This document shows, piece after piece, positions 13,322-27,185 of a DNA stretch of 64,000 nucleotides. Made by a program: the position numbers and the translations under genes. The number at the start of each line of letters is the position of its first letter. Within the stretch, counting starts at the first letter, position 1. The DNA is taken from positions 59,272,001-59,336,000 of the forward strand of contig OX597822.1 of the NCBI GenBank assembly GCA_951406725.2, in the 5' to 3' direction. The DNA comes from Octopus vulgaris. Lineage: Eukaryota. The notes beneath the pieces were generated by a model. The model did no database searches. It worked only from the letters and a program-made list of their open reading frames with translations, and was not told where the DNA came from.

Positions 13322-13669
13322 CCATCCCGAAATACCACATTATATATATGTACACACATACGCACACACACTCTCTTACAAGCAAAGCTCACATACTCAT
13401 ATAGTTACTGAAGGTAAGTTCGATAGTTACACTTCAGTCCCATGTTCCTTGGCATCTACATAAAAAAATAAAATAAAAGGAAAATGTGGCCTTAAAAGCA
13501 CCACTCTCATTCGCACTCCATTCAGCAGATGAAGTCGAGCAGGTTTAGAAATGTTAATGGACTTAACATGCATTGTTCCAAACTAAATATAATAAGAAAT
13601 AATATGAAAATATGAAAAATTATTATAAAAAGAAATTTGAGCTCGTAATTTCATGCCCCTACATAACAT

Positions 13670-14377
13670 ATGAAGTACGTTCAAAAAGTACCCGGCCTTT
13701 GGGCATTAAAAAAAAAAACAAAACAATTTCGTACATTTCACAAATTTTATTCAGTCAACTTCAAAATACACCCCTTGGAAGTTCACACACTTCTCCCAGC
13801 AGTTCTGTAACTGCTGGTACCACCTCTGGAGATCTGTCGTCGTTTTTCTCATAATTCCCTCTCGCGACTAAAATCGCTTCCCTTTCAGTGTGGTTTTCTG
13901 TTTGAAGAAAAGCCAGAAGTCGCACGATGTCAAGTCGAGTGAGTAGAGAGCCTGTCGAAGAAGTGGTGTGTTGTTCTTGACCAGAAAATCCTGAATTACG
14001 AAAATGCGTTCAAAAAGTATCCGAGTTTAATTTTTCGCCGACACTTTCTCCACGCACATATCCTCCGTTAAAATGAAATGTGCTTTTTCCCGTTTCGTAA
14101 GTAATTTCCTGAATTATTACACGACTGTTTCCCGTGACATTTCGCCGAACCTTCTCAATCAGCTCCTCGTTTCGGCTTGTGGATGGTCAGCCTGAACGTG
14201 CTTCGCTCTCCAATGAGGTGCAGCCACGTTTGAAGCGGTTGTACCACTCTTTGATCGATGTTTTGCGCATGGTATCATCGTCATAGGCCTGCTGATTCTC
14301 CTGATGGTTTGAGTTTGAGTATCATTAAGCTTTTGGCAACACCTGATGTAATATCTTTACTTGATGCGTTCGGTCAT
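13670..14377 (-). mobile_element. mariner (DD34D-type) deletion derivative
   Basis: TIR-like cgttcaaaaagtacccg; minus-strand MTERIK..EWYNRFKRG..RSG*PSTS, YSLDLTSCDFWLF..LKGKRF and EKCVNFQGVYFE. Confidence 0.85.
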
Positions 14378-14503
14378 CTTATTTCCTTATTGCCCATAAG
14401 GGACAAACAAGGACAGACAAAGGGATTAAGCCGATTATATCGACCCTCAGTTTGTAACTGGTACTTAATCTATCGACCCCGAAAGGATGAAGGGCAAAGT
14501 CGT
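14378..14503 (-). mobile_element. 5'-truncated Nin/Deu-domain SINE (young tail)
   Basis: ggacaaacaaggacagacaaa tail plus tcgaccccgaaaggatgaa core. Confidence 0.85.
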
Positions 14504-15485
14504 CGTTTCTTTCAAAATCATTTACATACATATACACATACACACACACACGTGTGTGTGTGTGTGTATGTTGTGAGTGCGTGCGTGTGTGTGTGTGTGT
14601 CTGTTAGTGTGTGTGTGCGCACGCGAAATGTAATTGATTTTTCAAATTTTTCGGCGATTTATATCCAGTTGTTCAATCAGCTGGATTATCTATTCGTGAA
14701 AGTATCATATAAATGGATGAGTAATCCAGAGAGATGTATACCTCCCAACATAATTCTCCTGCCAAATTAGCATGACACAGTGTGTATGACAAAGATGGAC
14801 TTTTGAATGACATGAACAGTCCATCCGACGAACTTCCAAGCAGATTCTATTCACTTGTTTACCAACGTTTACTCAAAAGTCTTAGGTCAACCACGAATAT
14901 AGTAAAAGACGCCTGAGATTCCGTGTAGTGGAATCGAACTTGGGGCCTCATGTTAGCAAAGTGGAATGTGAAAAAAATTACACCCAATACATAGAACTTC
15001 TGAAGAATCAGTTAATGATTCATTCCAGTATTCCATGCATGTGCGCTCGGACAGACACCTGTGGGAGAAGCGGCCTATAGGGAAAGAATTTGTTTAAGTG
15101 GCACCAGTTAGGTCGGTTCTCATTGATCGTAGATAATTGGTTATTGCAGTTATTATAACTGTTGCTGACATCTGTGTCTGTAGAGTAGTGTAAAGGACTG
15201 AAATCTCACCTGCGATTTACAGAGGTCACTGTTCAGCAGTGAGTATAGCATATCAACTGAGTATGAGTGGTAATTGTACGGCGATCGCTCATTGTTGGAG
15301 CATGTAGAGCATCTTCGTCAACCATAACACATAATTTTTTTCGCTCTCTTGATATATGGGACAACTTTCCCTACTGCTTCGATGTTATTCTGAGGAGGGA
15401 ATGGGGACACGCATAGATCTGTAATACCTGAGTTTCCAAATGAATTCCACCAAAGAGTTGGATTTCTCTTAGTCCATCAACCTAA

Positions 15486-15567
15486 ATGTATGTATGTATG
15501 TATGTATGTATGTATGTATGTATGTATGTATGTATGTATGTATACACACACACACATACACACACAC

Positions 15568-15616
<49 letters not shown>

Positions 15617-15900
15617 CATACATACATACATGTATATAGATATATATATAGATATATATACATATATATATACATACATATATACATACATATATACATA
15701 CATATATATATACATATATATACATATACATACATGCATGCATACATACATACACACACACACACAAACACACACACATACACACACACACATACACACA
15801 CACATACATATATATGTATAAATATAAATATAAAATATGTATATAGTTTGTATGTATATGTATGCATGTATGTAATTTGTATGTATATGTATGTATGTAT
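15486..15900. repeat. compound microsatellite (TATG)n/(CA)n/(TA)n
   Basis: Directly visible; one of dozens of such tracts. Confidence 0.95.
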
Positions 15901-16029
15901 ACATGTTAACTGTTCGATGATTATTCATAAGTCAGAAAAAGGAGCACGTTTTATATGAGGTAAGAGTGTGTCTACGTTATTTATACCTTAGTATAAATCA
16001 AGATCCAAATATAGCTAAAAGTTGCGAAT

Positions 16030-16220
16030 GGTGTTATATATAATTAATTTTCTCTACGAGGAAAGATTAATCAATTATCCATCAGACATGGCAGGTCCGA
16101 AATATACAACTTGGTCTTTCGAAAAGTGTCCAAGCTATACATTTCGAATCACTATGTCTGACAAATATTTAATTATTTTTTCCTTGTAGGAAGGATTAAT
16201 TATTTACGAAACCGCCCTTT
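16030..16220. repeat. imperfect palindrome / foldback element
   Basis: ataattaat..ctacgaggaaa..tcagacat..cgaaat..cttgg pairs with ccaag..atttcg..atgtctga..tttccttgtag..attaattat. Confidence 0.7.
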
Positions 16221-16327
16221 GACCGTACACGGAACTTAATAATATTGTATAGATTACACAAGCACACACATACATATACATACATACACATTACTTTATA
16301 CATGGGTGTACATATTTTTGTTTTGTT

Positions 16328-16667
16328 GGCACTCCGTCGCTTACGACGACGAGGGTTCCAATTGATCCGATCAACGGAACAGCCTGCTTGTGAAATTAAC
16401 GTGCAAGTGGCTGAGCACTTCACAGACACGTGTACCCTTAACGTAGTTCTCGGGGATATTCAGCGTGATACAGAGTGTGACCAGGCTGGCCCTTTAAATT
16501 ACAGGCAAAACAGAAACAGGAAGTAAGAGCGAGAGAAAGTCGTGGTGAAAGAGTACAGCAGGGTTCGCCACCATCCCCTGCCGGAGCCTCGTGGAGCTTT
16601 AGATGCCCGGTCTGGGAATCGAAACCGCGAGTCCGCTACCCTTACCACTAGGCCATTGCGCCTCCAC
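16328..16667 (-). mobile_element. SINE with head type A and a different tail (type B)
   Basis: Head/body match 2633-2826 with deletions; after cctgtttct continues into an unrelated ~180-bp tail. Confidence 0.85.
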
Positions 16668-16785
16668 GGGTGCACATATATTGTTACATTATGTGTATGT
16701 GAGTGTAGCGTAATATATTACGTACACACATATAGAGGAGAGATAGAATGAGAGAGAGAGAAAGGGAAGAGAGAGAGAGAGAGAG

Positions 16786-16825
<40 letters not shown>

Positions 16826-18785
16826 AAGAGAGACGACGTTTAGAAAATATCATGGTGTCAAAACAATAAAGGCTTTTAACTATCTAAGAAAATCAAGTCT
16901 TAACACCAAGGATGCCAGTCATGAATTCTCAAAACACATGACTATTTACCGCATCCGAATCTAAATCTATGATGTGGAGCTATATTTAATCAATAACAAT
17001 TATATGAAAAAAAAAAGTTGAAAAATAAGAACCCTTCAATAAACCCAGTACAAAAAGATTTAATGAAAAATATTTGAAGTACAATCTGTGAAATATATGA
17101 TTAACGAAAGTTTTTTGTAGACTAAACACCTTTTCTATCCCCCACTAAATTTACATTATTCAGGCATTAAAACACGTAGCAACACTGATAATAAAACTTT
17201 AATCTTTGGATAACTGCAGGCAGATGCAAACACTCTGTCACTGATATTTCGAAGTATAAGTTTGTTAAATGTTTCGAATTACAAGAAAAGTGGAAGTAGG
17301 AGTAGTAATAGTGGTGGTAGTAGCAATAGTAGTTGTTTTGTTGTCATACTTCCATTCAGTTCTGACAGAGAATACCTATGTTCAAAGGTCTTCTTTCAGC
17401 CTTTTATTTTCTCCTTTTTAATTTCTCCGCTTTTATTTTCTCTTACACAAAATTTCCATCAAAGTTTTGAGCCACTTGAAGCCTTAGTAGAAGACACTAT
17501 CTCAAAGGGTCAGGCAGTGGGATTGAACCCGAAGCTATCTAGTTGCGAAGAGAACTGTTTAATGTCAGCCTTGTCGGTGCATAAACAATAAATCTCTGAC
17601 CTTCAATTCAGTGCTGATGCAAGTATCAGATCCCTGATAAAAAAAATGTCCCAGTTTTGACTATCCCGTCGATTTTGAGGAATAGCGTTTACAGGCATAA
17701 ATTATCCAATGCCTCTTTCCTAATCTGAAGATGGTAGGGTGTCTTTTGAAGAAGACTTATTTGCTATTTTTAGCAACTTGAGTGGCTGTGGAGAAACTCC
17801 CATAGAACTGATACTTAACTCTCAGAAGTAACGGAATAAAAGAAAATGGGCCTTCCTCTTGTTGTTCTTGTCATTGTTTAGCCATAGTGTATCTAAGATG
17901 AGATTATCTAAAGTGTCCTTTCCCAGTTTTGAAGACCATATTGTTGACTTAAGGGAAAATTGGCTGTTATTTTTAACGATCACGTTAAGTCTCTCTAGTC
18001 ACCTTGTTTAAGTTTTTTTTTTTTTTTGCTTCATACAATTACAATAGCCTACAACTCTACTAAAGCTGATATATGGCACGATGTTATAAAAATGTCATTT
18101 TTTTCTTTCTTTTAGGAAGTAAAAATAATATAAACAAAAGCAGAATTGAAAATTATTTTTCCCTTTTTTATGTACTTCGTATTTTAAAACGTTTAACATT
18201 TCAAACTTGGTGATTAGGAACAAAATACGACCACGAAATTACTTCGATTAAGTGGAGAAAATTTGATTACTCTGCCGCTGATTAGTTGTCTAAAATTAGA
18301 TGCTGGCAAGCTCGTCGAATGGATCGAATATTTGCCTGTTGACCGATAGTTCGGCTGTTCACATGCTACTGGTGATGCGATTCGTCCCGTTCCGAATGCA
18401 CCTAGTTTTAAGCAGTCCAATGGCTTAATACACCTAGCTGTAAAAAGGTACCACATGCTGCTAAATAGCCGGGATGCTGTATAAATTATCGGCTATTTCA
18501 CAAGTTTGCTGCATTGATCTCCAATCCTATCATTGTTGTGTATAGCTTAGAGAAGGATGAACTTGATTGATGAACTTGTTGCATAATAACGAATTAATTA
18601 AGGGGTCATAATGTGACCCAGTGTCACAAATCAATGGATTATGAGACTGAATTTGAGCATAATCTAGATATAACGCTCCATTCTGTTTACTTCGGTTCAG
18701 CTGAAATTATCATTTGAGGATCTGCTTGTTAATTGAATAAAGAATTACTTTTCATCGCCTGAATAGTATGAAATTGGAGATAAGT

Positions 18786-19065
18786 ATCAACATTGAAGAG
18801 ATGAACATCAATATTGATCTAACAACATCAGTATTTTTGAAACGAATAGTGATAATGATGAAACAAACACAGATATTGATGAAACAAACACCAATATAGA
18901 TGACATAAACACCATCAATTAATGAGACAAACACCAATATTGATGAACAAACTCTAATATTGATACACTACTATTGATAATACAAACGCCTAAAGTGATG
19001 CCAAAAACGCCGATATTGATGACGCAAACACTGATATTGATGATGCAAACACCAATATTGATGAG
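18786..19065. repeat. diverged 21-bp minisatellite
   Basis: Unit atattgatgaaacaaacacca, about 13 copies with indels. Confidence 0.85.
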
Positions 19066-19810
19066 ATCTTCGAGGTATAGATGTTTTATTGAAAATTCTA
19101 AAGAAAAGATATATTCTCATAGTTTAAAATTTAAAAATGACTATTGCTTTAGAGCGGAAGCTAATAGTTGTTTTAGTTAGGAATGTCGTCAAAAACACAC
19201 GTCACTATAAATCTAATTATACAATTTTACGACTTTTAAGTAAATATGTAACATGTATAATCTATATTGCTGAAAATAAACCATCTGTTACAAATTAAAT
19301 CATATGTGCAAATTAACCATCTGTGATATTTCTGTGAGCATTCCGAGTAAATCTACGAGGTTAGATTGGAAAAACTTTATAAAGTAATTTAGTTTCCTAA
19401 AAAATATTCTTTAATTAGTAAATCACTAATTGACAAGCTAATTAATAATAACTTTGCACGAAATTAACTCCATTTATAATTAAGTATATTGCAGTAAAGC
19501 AACAGTGGGAGGTAGCCTAAAAAATAACTGCATTACGTTTAGCGTATGCAGTACTGTACAACAATGGCAAAATGATATTCTTGCCAAGTATAAAATTGTT
19601 GCCGCCATCATTCATATTTTATTCATCGAACAGAGAAAAAACTTGCGGAGTAACTAATAATAACCAGAATGAACTGTCTGCTTCCCACCGCTTCCCTCCA
19701 ATTACATTGCTAATATCTTTATTCCATTATTGCCTTTCTTACCCATCTGTTATTGCAGTGAGTCGTAAACTCTACATCTCTTAACTCCCCACGATACCTC
19801 TTCCGTGCAA

Positions 19811-19944
19811 GGTCCACTCTTTCTTGCAGTATGGTGGCTTGTGTTCTTCAATGACCCCGGAAACTATGTTAGCAGAGCATTAGCTCCTGGTAGAGTTTCC
19901 CATGTTGGAAGAGTTAACGAACAGAAGCCAGACTAATATGGACC
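19811..19944 (+). mobile_element. RTE-clade 5' UTR-like structured motif (solo)
   Basis: ggcttgtgt..caatgacccc..ctatg..gctcctggtag.gt.tcccatg..gccagactaa resembles the leader of Rex3/BovB-type RTEs as I recall it; closed by ggtcca/tggacc. Confidence 0.5.
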
Positions 19945-21454
19945 ATCTTTTCTTAGAGGTAAAATGGGTTTGCGTAGGGTCAAAAGCAAATCTACAGAAG
20001 AGTCGATGACAAGATCTGAGAGAGGAAGGCTTTCAGACCAGAATCGAGAATAGTTTAGAAAAGTTGTCGACTGCCTATGCTCCGTAAGGAGGGATGCGTT
20101 TAGATGCCTCTCAGAAAGGGTATCCAATATAAAATAACCAATAGAAAAACACTTGCTTTAATTCAAATTTCCCACCTCCGGTTCACATATCCAAATCTAT
20201 TCATTGACGATACTTCATCCAGTCATGGATATTTTATTAAATATTTTAAATTTAGTCTTACCTATTTCAGTAACAAAGAAAATGTTATATTTTATTAATT
20301 CTTCTGAACGTGTGACACACTGTTGACATGTCACCCTTCTTCTCTTCACAATAGCCGACATAAAATATATTCATTTTCCTCCCTACAACACCAAACAAAT
20401 ATTGCTTGCCATGACATAAATTACTCTGAATACTCCTTTCATGAATCAGAGAAAACTTTTGACACAAAAAAAAAAAAAAAAGCTTTTGACACTAAAAAAA
20501 AAAAATTACAAAATATAACAATAATTATAATCGTATAACAATAATAACATGTTTACAAAAGTCACTAATTTTCAAACCCTCGCTTTCTTACTTGATATGA
20601 GATCTCAGATTAAATCGGAGAATAAAAAGATAATTTGGATGTGTGACTAAAGAATAACTTGAATGGCTGAAAAATAACGTCAAAAGGAACAATAAAATTC
20701 TTTTTGATACGACTCTTCCTATGCTTTCAATATTTAAGTTGTTTCATTTCGAAATTTAATGGATCTTCGATATAAGCAAAGACTGAAAATATATACATTT
20801 ATTTACGTGTGTATGTTTATTTACAAGTATATTTTAGTGCAGAAGAAGCCAATTTCTACCATCAGTTTGGTTATTCCAAAATGTAATGTTGAGACTATTA
20901 GGGAATAAAACTAGTTAATTTGAAACCCCAAGTTCCAACATTATTTATGGCTGACAACTTCCTCTCCGTTACATACAATTCTACATGCTACTATTTATAA
21001 AGAAGGAAGTGAATATTAGACAGAAATTCTATATTTATGCTTGTTACATATTCACGCACTTGTACACTCATCTCTGTTTCTTTCTCTCTCTCTCTCTCTC
21101 TTACACACACACATACGCACGCACACACACACACATACACATATATATACACACACACACGCACGCGCATGTATACACACACAGACAAACAAGCATACAT
21201 ACACACACACATGCACACAAAATACACACACTTGTATAAAATGTATACATATATGTATGTGTATTTCTTATTAGATGTGAAGCTACAAAAGTAACTCAAG
21301 ATCCTACAGTTTCGGTCCAAAGCACTTGTCAAGCTTGGCAGTTTCCTCTTGGTCACAATGTATAGTCGGATGGGACGATTCTCTCCTTAGTCATGAGGGC
21401 ACTGTGGGTTATCTAAATGATCCGTAGCATAAGGACTTAACACAATAACTCTAT

Positions 21455-21845
21455 ATTCTTTTCTACACGGCCCGAATTTTTTAGGGAAGGAGGCCAGTTG
21501 ATAAGATAGACCCCGGTATGCAAATGGTACTTAATTTATCGACCCCGAAAGGATGAAAGGCAAAGTCGACCTCGGCGGAATTTGAACTCAGAATGTAAAG
21601 ACAGACGAAATACCTATTTCTTTACTACCCACAAGGGACTAAACAGAGAGGACAAACAAGGACAGACAAATGGATTAAGTGAATTATATCGACCCCAGTG
21701 CGTAACTGGAACTTATTTAATCGACCCCGAAAGGATGAAAGGTAAAACTGACATCGGCGGAATTTGAACTCAGAACGTAACGGCAGACGAAATACGGCTA
21801 AGCATTTTGCCCGGCGTGCTAACGATTCTGCCAGCTCGCTGCCTT
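21455..21845 (-). mobile_element. composite (two-unit) Nin/Deu-domain SINE with 13-bp TSD
   Basis: Two cores; acaataactctat at 21442-21454 and 21846-21858. Confidence 0.92.
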
Positions 21846-22267
21846 ACAATAACTCTATGTTGCCGACATTGCTCCGTTGCTCTGCGTTTAGCAGCCATGG
21901 TTTGCAGTTATACAGAACTAACGAGAAAAATAAATGAAATCCCTTCCTGTATCTTTGCATTATACATCGCAATTTTTACACTTTGCTCAGATCTTTCAAC
22001 GTTGTATCGCCCATACTTAACGTGCGGCGCATTTCCTTGTTGTTATGGCAGTCACGGTAGATGTGTTTGAATTATTCAACCAAGAGTTTTGTAAGTAATT
22101 ATTTCTTTTATGACAAACATCGTAACATGATTCAAGCTCTTAAATTTTCACCCGACTAGTTGATATGTTTTGAGTTAAGAGGAAAAAAACCATAGTTTAA
22201 GACTCTATGGTTTGGGCTTTCTTATTATTTAGTCAAGAAGAAAAAGTAGTGTGCATGACCATTTACA

Positions 22268-22390
22268 GGGCCTCTGAGATCGGTGGGCAGAATGAGTCCT
22301 CAAACCGGAGACCTAACCCGAGTGCTTGCAACAGAGTGGACTCCATTAAGGAGACTCAGGGTGGTACTGAAGTAAAAAGTAATGCACTAA
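22268..22390 (+). repeat. unclassified dispersed repeat (copy 2 of 3)
   Basis: gtcctcaaaccggagacctaacccgagtgcttgcaacagagtggactccattaagga. Confidence 0.7.
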
Positions 22391-24701
22391 ACCTACTAGC
22401 CAAGAGTTTAGCGAGATGTTATAACCTTCATGCCATCATAAGCAGTTAAAGCTTGAAATGGGAACCACGTCAAGGACTCGTACATCTTTGTACGTCTAGA
22501 CTCAAACGCCTTTTACCCGAGCCAACGAGGGAAAATTAATGCTGCCACACCGCCTGCTTGAAATATCAGCCAAATCTTACTCAGATCATACCATATCAGC
22601 TTTAAGAAAAATGTAAAGATTCTGTGGTCCTGAAACGCTTTTGATGATAGGTCTATATGATTGTAACTGGCGTGTCCTATATTTCGGAAAAGGTAAAATT
22701 GGGAGGCTGTGACATTCATACTTTTTTAATGACAATGATGTAAATGAACGCATTAATAAGCTCCGGTTGTGTTTGAAACAGAGGTATGAAACACCAAATT
22801 CAAGAGTGCAAAGAAGCTAACCCGGCTGCTCACTCGTCTTCACTCAACACTCTGTCGACTTTTAGACATTATTGTTATTCAGTGTGTGAAAGCAAATTTC
22901 TCCGATTCTCACAAATCGTTCACATGAATAAATCCTACTAACACCCAATACCACCATAATAAACTAATACAGGTTCTTTCCACCCCCTCTCCCACAACTG
23001 GTCTGAAGTTGGTATGACTTTGCACAACAGACGAACAGAAATCCAGGTGATTCCTTTACGTTCCTGAAGTCACGAAAGTAAAACAATGCCAAGAAGTCAG
23101 AAAAAAGAAAGGTCCTTCAGTACACACCAAACCATACCAACTTCGCGCCACCCCACTTCTCACAAATCACACTACACCAGTCACATCATAATAGGGAGCT
23201 TTTACAGGTCACTCGAGTTGCTAAAAATAGCAGCAAAATATCTCATAAATATTACCATACTTTCTTTAAAAAGGAAAGGAAAGACGCGCTAGATATTGTA
23301 GTTCTGTTATACAAAATGCCAGGACAGTCATAGCTGGAACTCTATAACACTTCAAAAAAAAAAAAAAAAATGAAAAAGAAAAAACTCTCACTACTTATAT
23401 TCATTTACTATCAAAACTTATATTCATTTAATTTACTATGAAAGCGATATGACTATTGTTTTGTCTAAACCTTGTGTAAGCTCAGAAACTCTTCATTAAG
23501 ATGGCAAAGTAGCAGAGTCGTTTGAGCGTCGAACAAAGTACCATATAACATTTGATCTGGTCCTTTGAGTTTTGAATTCAAATCTCGGCAGAGTTATCTT
23601 TTCCATTCATCTTCCCAGAATCGCTCAAATAATTACCAGTCTAGGATGGTGGACTGGTGCAATTGTTAGGGCGTTGAACAGAACACTTCGCAATATCTGT
23701 TCGAGCGCTTTATGCTCTGGATACTAAGGTTAGTATGAGGAACTGATCTGTATCTTGCCGATATAACAATTCCTTGTAAAAAATGGCATCCAAATCCTGG
23801 TTTAGATAGTACAAGCTATTTAGAATATCTACAAGCCATTAGAATATTTAGAATACATCTGCGCTTAAACACAGTGGTAATGACTGGCCGAGTGGATAGG
23901 GTGTCGAGTCACTGCCTTTTGAAACATAAGTTTATACTTGGCAGCATACACTTCAATGTCTGCTTAGAAAAGATACCTAATGTTACACACCTCTATTTCC
24001 CTAACTGACGCAAGCAAAACGGCTGTTTTAAAAATCATGTGTTGTAGCCCTCTTCATTTAAAATAAAAATTAATGAACTTTCATTTTTTTTTTCTGTTAA
24101 GCTGTTTTGTGTGCCGTAGTATAGAAGTATGACCTCCTACTCAACACTGTTCTGATTCTTGACAGATGAAGCTATTTCACTACAAATACTCACGACCCAT
24201 CCGTGTAAAATGGGCCAATCATTACTTACATTTTATTCACTTGTTTCATTTAGTGAGTATTTGTCCTAAACAAAGCAATATTTCTCCAAAAATATTCTGG
24301 CAGAATAATTTAAAGGTTTGCTTTTAATACAGTTTAACTATCTTCAAAATCAATATGGATACCAAGACAAACATCAGAAAGTCAGTCAAAATATGTCAGT
24401 AAACAGTAGAATTCTAGGGACGAGTGTTAGTCTGTAATGACAATTAGTGAATATAAATAGTTCAAAAGTGGAATAAACTGGTTTATCAGGAAGAGAAAAA
24501 TTAGAATATTGTAAGAAAAAACTTGACAACATATTTAGCACAGAACAAATATAATTAAATGTATTTCAAGGACAGGCAACAATATTTGAGAAATTGAATC
24601 GAACTCATGAACTAAAGGTCTAATCTCTTGCGTCCCTTCGAATCTTGCAGATCAGAATGCTCTTTTACTCTTTTACTTGTTTCAGTCAATTGACTGTGGC
24701 C

Positions 24702-24998
24702 AGGTTTCAAGCCTAGCCAGGCTCATGGGCCCGATTTCCCGATTTCTGTGGCGCATGTGTTCCCTCCAGCTGGACGAGACGTCAGTCCATCGCAGCGTTA
24801 CTCAAGAAACAGGAAGAAAGAGTGAGAGAAAGTTGGGGCGAAAGAGTACAACAGGGGTTGCCACAACCCCCTGCCGGAGCCTTGTGGAGCTTTAGGTGTT
24901 TTTGCTCAATAAACACACACAACGCCCGGTCTGGGAATCGAAACCGCGATCCTCCGACCGTGAGTCCGCTGCCCTAACCACTGGGCCATTGTGCATCC
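24702..24998 (-). mobile_element. tRNA-derived SINE (head A, tail D)
   Basis: Reverse complement of 2633-2925. Confidence 0.9.
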
Positions 24999-25624
24999 TA
25001 TAGATGTTATAAATGTTCTTAATTCTGTTTTGATGCCAACATTTTATAAATCTTAATGACATTGTTTCATTATGTTAAAAATTCTCTTTATGTCTTCGAT
25101 TTCGTTCCGTTGTTAAGGCTGTTTAAAGCATAACACTCGAACACAAGTAATAAATAGAATAATTTATTGTAGATGATTTTGTCATCTAACGGATCATACT
25201 AATTATTTTATGAATAATAATGATTATCTTACATCTAAATAGAATAATAATGATGCCTATGTTTGGCACAATTATACTGCAGTAATAGCGGAGTCCATTT
25301 AACTAATTACATCGCTTGATAAATTAGTATTGTTTTATCGATTCTACTAGGATGAAAAGTAATGGTCGACTTTGAACTTAAGATATAGAAGGGCGAGAGC
25401 TAGTTAAATTCGTAAGGTATATATTTTGTCTATCATTTTAAAAAACTTCTGCACTTCACCGATCTCTTCAATAGAATAATGCTTATATTTTTCCAATCGC
25501 TTTCGCTAGTGTCCTAACTGTTATAAAACTGTTATAGTCTCTTGAATCAGTTCTGCTAGGATTTTGAGTACAGTAATCACTCGCCATTTCGCTTACGTCG
25601 ATTCCTCTGTGATCTTGTTTTGCA

Positions 25625-26030
25625 TACTCTCTCTTTACTCTTTTTACTCTTTTACTCGTTTCAGTCATTTGACTGCGGCCATGCTGGAGCACCGTCTTTA
25701 GTCGAGCAAATCGCTCCCAGTACTTATTCTTTGTAAGCCTAGTATTTATTCTATCGGACTCTTTTGCTGAACCGCTAAGTTACGGGGACGTAAACACACC
25801 AGCATCGGTTGTCAAGCGAAGTTGAGGGGACAAACACAAACACACATACATGTATATATACATATATACGACGGGCTTCATTCAGTTTCCGTCTATCAAA
25901 TCCACTCACAGGGCTTTGGTCGGTCCGAGGCTATAGTAGAAGACACTTGCCCAAGGTGTCACGCAGTGGGACTGAACCAGGAACCATGTGGTTCGTAAGT
26001 AAGCTACTTACCACACAGCCAATCCCATGC
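25625..26030 (-). mobile_element. CORE-like tRNA-derived SINE
   Basis: tggctgtgtggtaagtagc head, ccttgggcaagtgtctt CORE-like motif, internal microsatellite, (aagagta)n-like tail. Confidence 0.9.
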
Positions 26031-27185
26031 ATGTATAATAAAATAAATATATACAAATTGTAAAATATGATTAAAAAAATATGCAGTATAGTAGTTTCTA
26101 CTTCGCCGATTTTCACCTATCGCGTGGGGTTTTGGAATGTAACACCCACGATAGTCGAGGGATTGCTGTGTGTGTTTTGTCCATCCGAGTGGTACGTACT
26201 AATAGCTGAGGTGCTGAGTTACATAACTAGACAATAAAATATTCTAGTTTGGTTTGCTATTGATCTGTGAAATAAAAGAGCATTATGAAAGTAACAAATT
26301 TGATATGTGAAATGAGGACATGATATATTCATTTTTATTCTCTTGTCCTCTAATTGAAATATTATTTTGAATAAGGTTCTTCTGAAGACTTACCTTTGCA
26401 CGATAGCCACGACAACAATAACTTTACATGGGAAAACATAATTTACTCTTAGCAGAGTTGTAACGCCATGTACTGGGGCTTTGGATTCGTGTACATGTCT
26501 TATTCCCGGCAACAATATATTTAGTTCTCTCAAAACCGCCAAGCCCTCCTTCTTTAACTGTAGACAGCTTTAAGAGGGTAAAAAAGAATAACGAAATTTT
26601 TCACCTGATTTTCAAGATATGACAACCTTCATAATGCAATAAAAGACTTAAATCATTCCAGAAATTCTAGGTGGGAGATTGTGATGACATAGATAGAAGA
26701 AATATAATAAAAGTGGTGAGCCAAGATAACAATCACTCTAAATTGTATGTTGATACACGCCTGTTAACAAGATTCTTTCTAAGGGCGATAACACGTAGAA
26801 AGCAGATCTGTCTTTAATCTCTTTAAAGGGCGTTAAAAATGCTGTGTGGATTCACTTCAGTATTTGACATTTTGCAAACAAGAATGACTTGCAAATTCAT
26901 TTAACGTAAATAATAATAAAAAAAACCCGCCCTCTTTTCGCACGCATATGAATAATAATAATAATAGCAACAAAAAAAGCTATCTAGGAATATATGGCAT
27001 TTAAATAGAGCATTCTAATGTGATCTAATAAAATGTGTTAGTAAAGCGATAATGAACTAAGATAGTCTCACAGACAGCTAAATCTATAACCTAGGTTCAG
27101 TTCCCAGATGAATCTGTTTTTTTCTCTCACGTTTTAAAATATTGTTGAGAAGGGCTTACAATATTACAACAGCAGCAACAGCAGT

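Noticed and set aside
15000-15480. Possible CR1/L2-like LINE 3' remnant on the minus strand
   Set aside because: Only vague motif resemblance.
26115-26155. Hairpin containing tggaatgtaa (miR-1-like 5' end)
   Set aside because: The match is only 10 nt, lies in the loop, and the stem is too short for a pre-miRNA.
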